From Armatimonadota bacterium (lineage in GTDB: Bacteria; Armatimonadota; HRBIN16), in contig OY781964.1 in NCBI GenBank assembly GCA_963677485.1, positions 960,001 to 1,024,000 of the forward strand: DNA of 64,000 nt. The letters run 5' to 3'. The position numbers and the translations under genes were made by a program. Positions 30,881 through 39,742 of this stretch are shown here, one piece after another. The notes below the pieces were generated by a model, which was given only the letters and a program-made list of their open reading frames with translations, was not told the origin of the DNA and did not search any database. The first letter of the stretch is position 1. Every line of letters begins with the position of its first letter.

Positions 30881-31536
30881 TGAATGAGATGAAACCTAAC
30901 ATAGTGGGGCTTGAACCCGCACGGCTGTCTGAGATGCAGCAGCAAGCCGCCTCAGAGGGCTGGCTGCTAGCCACACCCCCCCATTACACCGATGTCGCCT
31001 GGCTAGAGGCACACCAGTCAGAGACGTGCATCCCGGCGTTCTGGTGGCGCTATTCGCAGCCTTTCCAAAGGCTATTGGCGGAACTGCGCAAGGGCACGAT
31101 TGGCAACCTGCTGGCCATCAAGCTCAAAGTGGCAATGTCTGGCTCGGACGCCTCGCAGATATGTCCGGCTGGCCTGGATATCTGCCAGATCATCGCCGGG
31201 TCGGAGCCCACGAACAGCCGTATCAGCCGTCCGACGCCTGCATCAGCGCACAGCATACTGGAGATGAAGTTCGCATCAGGGCTGTTCGCCAGCAGCGTGC
31301 AGATCGGGCATGTTTCGACACGTCCTCCGAGCCTGCATCTGCGCGTCGTCGGCGACACGGGCATACTACAGGCGGAGTTATTCGGGCCGATGGTCAACAT
31401 CAGCAGCGAGGCAGGCTGGCAGTTCCAACCCTACATACAGCACCCCATGGAAACACTCTGGGCAGCACGCCATCAACCAGATGAGCTGTTCCCTACGATA
31501 CAGCAAGCTCTAGCCATCGCCTGCGCTCTCCGTTAG
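30880..31536 (+). CDS. Degenerate Gfo/Idh/MocA-like protein lacking an intact Rossmann domain
   Basis: PAFWWRYSQPFQRL...KGTIGNL and LRVVGDTGIL resemble the family C-terminal domain; no GxGxxG or CEKP; translationally coupled to the upstream gene. Confidence 0.5.
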   Translation: MNEMKPNIVGLEPARLSEMQQQAASEGWLLATPPHYTDVAWLEAHQSETCIPAFWWRYSQPFQRLLAELRKGTIGNLLAIKLKVAMSGSDASQICPAGLDICQIIAGSEPTNSRISRPTPASAHSILEMKFASGLFASSVQIGHVSTRPPSLHLRVVGDTGILQAELFGPMVNISSEAGWQFQPYIQHPMETLWAARHQPDELFPTIQQALAIACALR

Positions 31537-31605
31537 CATCGGGCCACCGCATCACCGGCGCATCATATTTGCGGCCGGTATCTCGCATTGATAAGAGGAA
31601 ATAGC

Positions 31606-32907
31606 ATGAGTGATTCGAAGGGCAGCATCATACTGACCACAGCCCTGTTGGCAGCCGCACTCAGCGGATGTCAGCGGAAGGTGGCCGACGGCAAGAAGCA
31701 CATTCGGTTCTGCGTGATGGGCTCCAAGCAAGAAATCGACCTTGCCAACGGCTTCACCCGAGATTTTGAGAAGAACAATCCCGGCATCAAAGTGGACATC
31801 GAGCCGGTGGCAGGTATGACATACGACAGCAAGCTGGCCATGCAAGCGGCCGCCGGCACCCTGCCCGATGTGATCATGCTGGCCGATTCCCTCATCCCCA
31901 CGCTGCAGAAATACCATGTGGTTGAGAACCTGACCCCCTGGATCGCTAAAGATGCCAGTTTCCCCTCCCATGATATCTATCCCCAGATGATGGAGACGGG
32001 ACGAGGGCATGACGGCAATATCTACATGCTGCCCCGTGAGCTGGGCGTGGTGGCGATGTTCTATAACCGCACACTGCTGCGCAAGGCGGGACTGCCCGAT
32101 CCCAAAGCGGACTGGACGTATGACCAGATGAGGGCGATGGCAAAAAAGCTGACCATTCGCGACGCCAAAGGCCGGGTCACTCAATACGGATTTACCGCTT
32201 CATACGCCTGGGCTGGATTCTATGCCTCTTTCCTGGCAAGCTTCGGCGGCAGCGCACTGGATTACAAGAACCAAAAGGCGACATTAAGCAGCCCGGCATC
32301 ACTCAAAGCACTTCAGTGGCTGGTGGACATGGTCGTCATCGATCGGGCGGGTATGCCGCCAAATGCGGTGCTGACCGCTCCGGGTATCGACCCCTTCGTG
32401 GCGGGTAAAGTGGCGATGTCGATGCAGGTATTTCCACAGGTGCCCATGCTACGACAATCTATGAAGGGTTACGACTGGGATGTGCAGATGTTGCCAGCCG
32501 GTCCTAAGGCTCACTTAGTGAATATGGGTGCTGCCGGATACGGCATGTCCGCTTCATCCGCACACAAACCCGAAGCCTGGCTGCTGCTGAAGCACATTGT
32601 CAGCCAGCAAGGTCAGCGTGCTCTGGCGCGTAGCGGCAGCGGGATCCCAACTTTGAAATCTCTGGCACACGACCCCTGCTGGCGTCCGCCTGGGTTGCCG
32701 CCGCGGAATTTGGATGCGTTCGTGAACTCCGTGCAGTTCGGCATGGGATGGCGAGATATTTTAGTGCTCACGGAGCCTGAGATCAACGACGCTGTGACCA
32801 TGGCGTTTGAACAAAGCTTCAACGGCATTTCAAGTGTGACGGATGCTTTCAGGCAGTGCGACCAGCGGATCAATGCCCTGTTCGCTAAAAGGAAGGCAGC
32901 CGAATGA
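31606..32907 (+). CDS. Sugar ABC transporter substrate-binding lipoprotein
   Basis: Lipobox LSGC; FEKNNPGIKV, AAGTLPDV, MFYNRTLL, DWTYD. Confidence 0.93.
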   Translation: MSDSKGSIILTTALLAAALSGCQRKVADGKKHIRFCVMGSKQEIDLANGFTRDFEKNNPGIKVDIEPVAGMTYDSKLAMQAAAGTLPDVIMLADSLIPTLQKYHVVENLTPWIAKDASFPSHDIYPQMMETGRGHDGNIYMLPRELGVVAMFYNRTLLRKAGLPDPKADWTYDQMRAMAKKLTIRDAKGRVTQYGFTASYAWAGFYASFLASFGGSALDYKNQKATLSSPASLKALQWLVDMVVIDRAGMPPNAVLTAPGIDPFVAGKVAMSMQVFPQVPMLRQSMKGYDWDVQMLPAGPKAHLVNMGAAGYGMSASSAHKPEAWLLLKHIVSQQGQRALARSGSGIPTLKSLAHDPCWRPPGLPPRNLDAFVNSVQFGMGWRDILVLTEPEINDAVTMAFEQSFNGISSVTDAFRQCDQRINALFAKRKAAE

Positions 32908-33812
32908 GCACCACCACACCAAAAAGACGAAAACGTATCAGCACCGATGCACTGGCTGCGGCGGTGTTCGTGGCCCCGCTGGTCATTGGATTGCTAGTAT
33001 TCACCGTGTGGCCGATGTTGAACTCCGTGTGGTTAAGCCTCTGCGACTACGATATCTTCTCCGCCCCGAAGTATATCGGCAGCAAGAACTATGTGAACCT
33101 GTTTCAGGATCCGCTATTCTGGCAAGCTCTGAAGGTCACCTCTATCTACTCGTTCATCAGCGTGCCGTTAGGGCTGATCGCGGGTTTAGGTCTGGCGATC
33201 TTGCTGAACACGAAGATCAAAGGCATGGGCTTATTCCGGACGGTATACTATCTGCCCAGCGTGCTGTCCGGCGTGGCGGTCTCGCTGCTTTGGTTCTGGA
33301 TTTTCAACCCAGATTTCGGTCTTGCCAACTACGCGCTGGATAAAATGGGATTGCCACCTGTGGCCTGGCTCACCAGCCCTAAAACCGCGTTGATGTCGTT
33401 GATTTTGATGAGTTTGTGGTCGGTAGGCGGAGCGATGGTGATCAACCTCGCCGGCTTGCAGGGCATCTCCAAAGAGCTCTACGAATCCGCCAACCTGGAT
33501 GGTGCCAACGGACTGCAGCAGCTCCGGCATATCACACTGCCAGGTCTGACGCCGGTGATCTTCTACAACCTGGTCATGGGCATCATCGGATCCTTCCAGG
33601 TATTCACGCAGGCCTTTGTGATGACATCTGGTGGCCCAAGCAACGCCACGCTGTTCTACGTGCTCTACCTGTTCCGACATGCCTTTAACTACTTCAACAT
33701 GGGCTACGCCTCAGCGATGGCCTGGGTGCTGTTCACCATTATTCTGGTGCTCACACTGCTGGTATTTAGGTCTTCCAGCTTCTGGGTCTATTATGAGGGA
33801 GAAAAGAAGTGA
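32904..33812 (+). CDS. Sugar ABC transporter permease 1
   Basis: FRTVYYLPSV, LAGLQGISKELYESANLDGA (EAA loop), MGYASAMAW. Confidence 0.95.
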   Translation: MSTTTPKRRKRISTDALAAAVFVAPLVIGLLVFTVWPMLNSVWLSLCDYDIFSAPKYIGSKNYVNLFQDPLFWQALKVTSIYSFISVPLGLIAGLGLAILLNTKIKGMGLFRTVYYLPSVLSGVAVSLLWFWIFNPDFGLANYALDKMGLPPVAWLTSPKTALMSLILMSLWSVGGAMVINLAGLQGISKELYESANLDGANGLQQLRHITLPGLTPVIFYNLVMGIIGSFQVFTQAFVMTSGGPSNATLFYVLYLFRHAFNYFNMGYASAMAWVLFTIILVLTLLVFRSSSFWVYYEGEKK

Positions 33813-34657
33813 AAAAGAGAAGCCAGCACACTACCGAGCTGATTCAAAAGAGCATCGTCACTGTGATACTGCTCATCGGATCGGTCGGCATGTTACTCCC
33901 CTTCCTGTGGATGGTCAGCACTGCATTGAAGTCGCCCGATTTCGTGATGGTCTACCCGCCGCAGTGGATACCCAACCCGGTTCGTTGGCATAACTTCGTA
34001 GAAGCCTGGACCACGCTGCCCTTTACCCTCTATCTGCAGAACACGGTCATCATCACGACTACGGTGATCTTTGGCACGGTGCTGACCAGCAGCATGGCGG
34101 CGTTCGCCTTCGCGCGCCTCAAGTTCAAGGGACGTGAGTGGCTGTTCATGGCCACACTGGCCACGATGATGCTGCCCTCGCAGGTCACCGTCATCCCCAT
34201 CTTCCTGATGTTCCGGCACATGGGGCTGTTGAACACCTTCACCCCGCTGACCATCGGTGCCTGGCTGGGCGGTGGTGCCATGAATATCTTCTTGATGCGG
34301 CAGTTCATACTCACCCTGCCGCCGGCACTTGACGAGGCTGCGAAGCTGGACGGCTGCAACCCGTTCCAGATTTACTGGCACATCGTGCTGCCGTTGATGA
34401 GGCCCTGTCTTGCGGTGATCGCAGCCTTCACCTTCCTCGGCACATGGAATGACTTCATGGGTCCGATGATCTACCTGACCACGCCTGACAAGATGACGCT
34501 GGCCCTGGGGCTTCAGTTTTTTCAGGGGCATTATGGCGTGACCACGCATCTTCTGATGGCGGTCTCGCTGGTGGTCATGGCTCCCTGCCTGCTGCTCTTC
34601 TTCTTTGCACAGAAGCAGTTCATCAGCGGCATCACCCTTGGCGGTGTGAAGGGGTAG
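33809..34657 (+). CDS. Sugar ABC transporter permease 2
   Basis: PFLWMVSTALK, FARLKFKGR, FLMRQF, LDEAAKLDG, WNDFMGP. Confidence 0.95.
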   Translation: MKKRSQHTTELIQKSIVTVILLIGSVGMLLPFLWMVSTALKSPDFVMVYPPQWIPNPVRWHNFVEAWTTLPFTLYLQNTVIITTTVIFGTVLTSSMAAFAFARLKFKGREWLFMATLATMMLPSQVTVIPIFLMFRHMGLLNTFTPLTIGAWLGGGAMNIFLMRQFILTLPPALDEAAKLDGCNPFQIYWHIVLPLMRPCLAVIAAFTFLGTWNDFMGPMIYLTTPDKMTLALGLQFFQGHYGVTTHLLMAVSLVVMAPCLLLFFFAQKQFISGITLGGVKG

Positions 34658-34692
34658 CATCAGGCGTTCAGCGTCAGCACCACTCTTGAATT

Positions 34693-34729
34693 CAAGGCAG
34701 CCCGTATTTTGCGAATACGGGCTGCCTTG
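34693..34729. terminator. Long hairpin after the ABC operon
   Basis: caaggcagcccgtatt-loop-aatacgggctgccttg. Confidence 0.55.
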
Positions 34730-34736
34730 TACGTGC

Positions 34737-35293
34737 GACGGTCTTTCGTTCCGATGGCCGTGTGTGTTCTCGAATTCGGTGGGATGGCCCTTGTGACCAT
34801 CTGCGGCATTGGGCAACGTCGCAGCACGAGATAACGGGCCTGTGGCGTAAATAGCGTGTGCGGATGACCACGTTGCCGCGACATCGAATGGACCCGAATC
34901 CTGTTTGTATTTGCGGATCATGGATGGATATCGCGAAGTGATGACGGTCTTTCGTTCCGAACGTGGTGTGCATTCTCATTGAATTCGTAGGGATGGCCCT
35001 TGTGGCCATCCGCGACCATGACCATCAACCGGCCATGATCGCAGCACGAGGTAACGGGCCTGTGGCGTGAAAAGCGTGTAGGGATGACCACGTTACCGCG
35101 ACATAAATGTCTCGGCTATTGATCAACAAGGCTGCTGAAGCAGCCTACGACGACGTTATCTCTATCGGCACCAAAGGCCCCAGCCCGTTTCAACGGGCTT
35201 TCTGATCAATAGCCGAGACATTTATGTCGCGGAATAGGATGGATAGGACTGCGATTTGTATTTGTGGGTAATAGACTGACATTTATGTCGCGG
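34737..35293. repeat. Composite repeat region: two ~150-bp direct repeats with GTAG-REPs plus a 30-bp perfect inverted-repeat element
   Basis: 34737-34884 resembles 34943-35104; IR ccgcgacataaatgtctcggctattgatca at 35096-35125 / 35203-35232; partial arm at 35278-35293. Confidence 0.8.
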
Positions 35294-35390
35294 CATCAGT
35301 CACTTACAAATCCTGCTAATCTCTGCCATGAATGGACACCCCGAAATAGATCGAACCCCATCGTCAGCACAGACAAGACCGTGCCAACCC

Positions 35391-37154
35391 TTAGTCGCCG
35401 CTCTCCAGGCTATCCAGTGCCACCTTGAACTGCTGGTTATACAACGCCGCGTATTCACCGTCCAATGCCAGCAGCTCCTCGTGGTTGCCCATCTCGATGA
35501 TCTGCCCCTGGCCCATCACGATGATCTTGTCCGCTTTCACGATGGTGCTCAGCCGGTGGGCGATCACAAAACTGGTGCGACCTTCCATCAACCGCTCCAG
35601 TGCTTGCTGGATGAGCGTCTCGGTTTCGCTGTCCAACTGACTGGTGGCTTCGTCTAGAATGAGGATCCGGGGATTGCTCAACAGCGCGCGGGCGATGGCC
35701 ATACGCTGACGCTCCCCACCGGAGAGCTTAACGCCGTCCTCACCGTATTTCATCAGGAAGCCTTTGGGCATCGCCTCGATGACGTGAGCGATGTTCGCGG
35801 CCTTCGCTGCGTCATACACCTCTTCATCGGTGGCATCCAGTTTGCCATACCGGATGTTCTCCATCAGCGTGTCATTGAACAGCGTGGTCTCCTGAATGAC
35901 CACACCGATCTGCTGCTTGAGGCTATCCAGCGTGATGTCGCGAAGGTCCATGCCGTCAATGGTGATCTTGCCCTTGGTGACGTCGTAATGACGCTGGAGC
36001 AGGTTGACCAGGGTGGTTTTGCCGCTGCCGCTGGAGCCTACTAAAGCCACCATCTGCCCCGGCTTGACGTCGATGTTGATGCCCTTGATGACCGGCTGTC
36101 CTGGCTCATATTCAAACCAGACATCCTCATACCTGACGCCACCTTGAATTTCGGGCAGCTTCATGGCTTTAGGCGCATTGTCGATGTCTGGCTTGGTGTC
36201 CAGCATGTAGAAGATGCGCTCGAGGGCCGCATTGGTGCGGGCCAGCAGCTCATTCATCTGTATCAACCGCAGGGTAGGCCCATACAGGTAGCCGCCGATA
36301 TACATGATGAACGCGTTGAGTGAACCGGGAGTGAGCGAAGGCTCCTTCCCACCCAGGTGCATGACCATCTGCCCGCCAAACCACAGCAGCACAGCAGTGC
36401 CGATCGCACCGATGAATTCAGCGTTCACCCAGAGGCCTGTTCCCAGGCTTCCCTGGCGGATATTCAGCTTCAAAAGCCCTCGGGTTGTGCCCACGAATTG
36501 GGTGACCTCGTAACGCTCCTGCGCATACGATTTGACCACCGAGACAGCCGCCAGCTTCTCATACAAGTTGCCCAGCATGGTGTCACGCTGATCACGCACC
36601 AGGCGGCTGTTCCACTTGATGCGCCCGATGAAGGTGAGGTAGTTGGTGACGTAAATGGGGTAAACGCAGAGCGCATAAAGTGCCAGCCAGGGATTCATCT
36701 TGAACACGATGAACAGCGTCGCACCCAGCGTGGCGACGTCGCTGATCAAGGTCGTAAATCCACCGGTCAGCAATGCGTTGACGGTGCCTACGTCGTTGAC
36801 GATGATACTGACCAGCTTGCCCGTCTGGCGCTTCTCAAAGTAGCCCAGCGAAAGGGTCTGCATATGGCTATACAGCTTTTCGCGCATGTCATACATGAAC
36901 CGCTGGCCTAAAGTGGTGACCAGCACGCCCAGGCCGTAACCAACGATGCTGCCCAACAGCGAGATGCCCATAATGGCGGCGAATATCCACCAGAGCGGAA
37001 ATGGTTTACCAGAATAGAGCCTGTCCAAGAGCCAGCCGATGATGCGCGGCATCGGCAGCCCGATGGCGGCCGCACAGAGGGTGAGTATCGCTACCCATAT
37101 CATGGTCATGCGATATGGCATGACCTCTTTTATAAATCTGAAGATATTTTTCAT
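35391..37154 (-). CDS. ABC exporter, fused permease/ATPase (MsbA-like)
   Basis: TM domain; GSSGSGKT, LSGGERQR, ILILDEATS, IAHRLST. Confidence 0.95.
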   Translation of the reverse strand: MKNIFRFIKEVMPYRMTMIWVAILTLCAAAIGLPMPRIIGWLLDRLYSGKPFPLWWIFAAIMGISLLGSIVGYGLGVLVTTLGQRFMYDMREKLYSHMQTLSLGYFEKRQTGKLVSIIVNDVGTVNALLTGGFTTLISDVATLGATLFIVFKMNPWLALYALCVYPIYVTNYLTFIGRIKWNSRLVRDQRDTMLGNLYEKLAAVSVVKSYAQERYEVTQFVGTTRGLLKLNIRQGSLGTGLWVNAEFIGAIGTAVLLWFGGQMVMHLGGKEPSLTPGSLNAFIMYIGGYLYGPTLRLIQMNELLARTNAALERIFYMLDTKPDIDNAPKAMKLPEIQGGVRYEDVWFEYEPGQPVIKGINIDVKPGQMVALVGSSGSGKTTLVNLLQRHYDVTKGKITIDGMDLRDITLDSLKQQIGVVIQETTLFNDTLMENIRYGKLDATDEEVYDAAKAANIAHVIEAMPKGFLMKYGEDGVKLSGGERQRMAIARALLSNPRILILDEATSQLDSETETLIQQALERLMEGRTSFVIAHRLSTIVKADKIIVMGQGQIIEMGNHEELLALDGEYAALYNQQFKVALDSLESGD

Positions 37155-37328
37155 TTTTTGTTCCGTCCGCCATATAGCGTTATAGCCATTTTACCTCTTT
37201 ACGTGGGCCTATGCCTACTTTTATTCGGCGGTACGGTGGAAAACAACACATTCCGAATTGCTACGTAACTACTCAGCCACGAGTGAACTATGTCGAAGCC
37301 AATGACCGGTTAACCTGCTGATCACCTC

Positions 37329-37560
37329 CGGACACCCACAGAGTGGGTAAGACTCTTTATAGCCACGGGTGAGCGAAGCGATACCCGTGGGGGGCAGGCC
37401 CAAATATCTACCCCGAAGGGGTCTTCTGTGGCGTCTTGAAAGTGCGGCAACCGCGAATAGGTACGACCCACTTCGGGGTAGGATCACTTGCAAGCTGACC
37501 AGGGGTTACGCTTCGCTTACCCCTGGCTGTAATGAATCTTACCCACTTCGTGGGTGTCCG
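37329..37560. repeat. ~230-bp multi-hairpin REPIN/MITE-like element
   Basis: Terminal arms cggacacccac..agtgggtaaga / tcttacccact..gtgggtgtccg; internal ccacgggt..acccgtgg, accccgaaggggt, ccaggggt..acccctgg. Confidence 0.75.
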
Positions 37561-37654
37561 CAGGACCTCTGCTGTCAATAGTCTATATGCAGATAGAATA
37601 TCGCTGAGGATTCTGATTGTTGAGTGGATTCGTATTAAAAATATCGGCACATGG

Positions 37655-38701
37655 TTAGCTCTTGGCTGTCGGCGTGAACCGCACACCCGGGGCCGAATAT
37701 CGGCGCCAACGCGGCGTGAAGGTGGTATAGCTCAGTATCATGCTGCCCATTCGGAAACAACTTAGCGCCCATTGGGGCCACATCACCAGCCAGATGGCAA
37801 ACAACATGAAGGGGTAGTTGGCGGCCGTCTGCCAGCCCGGGTTACGCAGCAGCCAGGCCGTATAACCGCCAGCAGCCCAGAGCACATACGGTTGGCTGAC
37901 CGCGAAACCTGCCGCCACCAGCCAAAGCTGGCCAGCCTGTATGCTGCGGGTTGGACATGTGCCGATGCACCTCATGCAGCTTTCACAGCGGAAGCTCCAC
38001 CACGGATGGCCATTGACCAGGCTGATGGCCTGCACAGGGCACTGCCGGACGCACATCCCGCAGCTATTGCAGCTGTTATCTGCGTAGAGCATCTTGGCCA
38101 GCATGAACCGTCCGATCAACAGGTAAGCAAGGCTGATTTGCCACAACAACAGGCCGAACGTGAGACTAATGAGGCTGCCCAGCGGGAAACGAAGGTGCCC
38201 CCTGACCAGCGTCTTGACATAATGCTTCACCTTGAGCTCCGCTCGGCCGATGATGGTGCGGACAGATGTCTCCCGCATCCCCGGGTGGACCGCCAGCCAG
38301 TTGCAAGGCATATCCACCGCCATCACTCCGCGGACATGGTAGCCCTTCAGGAATAAAATGAGTGCCAGCAAATATCCGGTGGTGCCCTCAAAGCCAGGTA
38401 TATGTGTGCCATACAGTTTCGTACCAGCCCGGGCAGGCATCACGAAAGCCCGGCAGCCTTTGGGGGCGATTGGCATTTTGAGGGTGTGTGAAATGGCGGC
38501 CCATGGTGCGGTGAAGCCGTGCGTGGGACAGATGATGCCCACCAAGCCGGTGTTTGGATCGACATGGCTGGGGGTATGGCGGCCAATCTGCACGATCTGG
38601 CTTGTATATCCCATCGACCTCATTTGCTCCGAGGCCCAGTCAGCCATTCTGTAACAGTTGCCCGTCCCGCTGAAAACATGTAGTTCTGCGTGTTTAAGCA
38701 T
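37655..38701 (-). CDS. EFR1 family flavodoxin-like/ferredoxin protein
   Basis: FSGTGN, PTHGF, MPCNW, CNSCGMCVRQCP and CESCMRCIGTCP. Confidence 0.88.
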   Translation of the reverse strand: MLKHAELHVFSGTGNCYRMADWASEQMRSMGYTSQIVQIGRHTPSHVDPNTGLVGIICPTHGFTAPWAAISHTLKMPIAPKGCRAFVMPARAGTKLYGTHIPGFEGTTGYLLALILFLKGYHVRGVMAVDMPCNWLAVHPGMRETSVRTIIGRAELKVKHYVKTLVRGHLRFPLGSLISLTFGLLLWQISLAYLLIGRFMLAKMLYADNSCNSCGMCVRQCPVQAISLVNGHPWWSFRCESCMRCIGTCPTRSIQAGQLWLVAAGFAVSQPYVLWAAGGYTAWLLRNPGWQTAANYPFMLFAIWLVMWPQWALSCFRMGSMILSYTTFTPRWRRYSAPGVRFTPTAKS

Positions 38702-38854
38702 AATGGTTCCTCAAGCTTATGATAGTGCAAGTTGGCCTGCGGTGCAATGGGGAAGGAGGAAGGAGCGGAGGAGAATAGGAGTGGAGTAGTGGAGGGAGCC
38801 AATCGGGAGATTGGCTTTCCCAAGGCTCCCCATCACCCGCCTCCGCACCCTGCC

Positions 38855-39742
38855 CTACCGATCTGGATCGAACGGCTGGCCAAGACCGGTGTTGCGGGTG
38901 AACACCTCCGGCCGATCTGGCTCCACCAAAGCCTTATACCTGCCCGGACGGCGGAAGGCAGCACCCCAAATGGTGCTCTGGCGTATCTGTCGAGTCTGCT
39001 CTATATCAAACCGCCCCCACAGAATCTGCTCCGTATCGTCTGCCATGGCTTGAACCGCACCCGTGGCGTCGACGGTCATACTCCGGCCCTGGTAGTCAGG
39101 TCCAGCGTAGTTCGTCATGGCTATGATCATACTGTTCTCCATTCCGCGCACGCTGAACTGCTGGATCCGGTCAGGTGGAAGCACACAGGCGTTGGGGGTC
39201 AACACCAGTTCCGCACCCTTCAGCATATTTACCCGGGCACTCTCAGGAAACTCGCGGTCATAGCAGATCATGGCGCCAGTCATCACCACGCCCTGTTTGG
39301 TGTCCAAGGGAGCCACATACCAGTCTTCACCGGGGGTGGTAGAGGCCTCGAAGCTGGAGAAGTCGCAGGTGTGGACCTTAGCGTAGGTGAACAGCTCCAT
39401 GCCATGGCGGTCGAACAGAGTGACCGCGTTTCGAGGTGCCCCCGGCCATTGTTGCAGGTATCCCACCGCGATAGCGATCTCCAATTCGCGTGCCAGTCGG
39501 GAGAAGTGCTGCACCCAGGTCCCGCTGGTCGCAACCGCCTGCCCTTGCCATTCAGCGATCGTCTCTGGATCGGTTCCTTCAAAGCCGGTATAACCGATGT
39601 TCAGCATCTCCGGCGTGAGTGCGATGTCGGCACCCTCTCGGGCTGCCTGGCGGATGTAGCCTTCGGCGTGCTCCAGATTGAGCTGCTGGTTGTTGCCCTG
39701 TGGTCCGACTTGTATACATGCGATGGCAAGTTGCTGAGTCAT
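38855..39742 (-). CDS. Carbon-nitrogen hydrolase family protein
   Basis: TPEM, YAKVH, MICYDREFPESAR (E-K-C triad). Confidence 0.92.
   Translation of the reverse strand: MTQQLAIACIQVGPQGNNQQLNLEHAEGYIRQAAREGADIALTPEMLNIGYTGFEGTDPETIAEWQGQAVATSGTWVQHFSRLARELEIAIAVGYLQQWPGAPRNAVTLFDRHGMELFTYAKVHTCDFSSFEASTTPGEDWYVAPLDTKQGVVMTGAMICYDREFPESARVNMLKGAELVLTPNACVLPPDRIQQFSVRGMENSMIIAMTNYAGPDYQGRSMTVDATGAVQAMADDTEQILWGRFDIEQTRQIRQSTIWGAAFRRPGRYKALVEPDRPEVFTRNTGLGQPFDPDR

Noticed and set aside
33893-34921. 342-aa - strand ORF
   Set aside because: Antisense shadow of the ABC permease running into repeat DNA.
38749-38798. Purine-rich GGA tract
   Set aside because: Low-complexity intergenic sequence without clear periodicity or a second copy.
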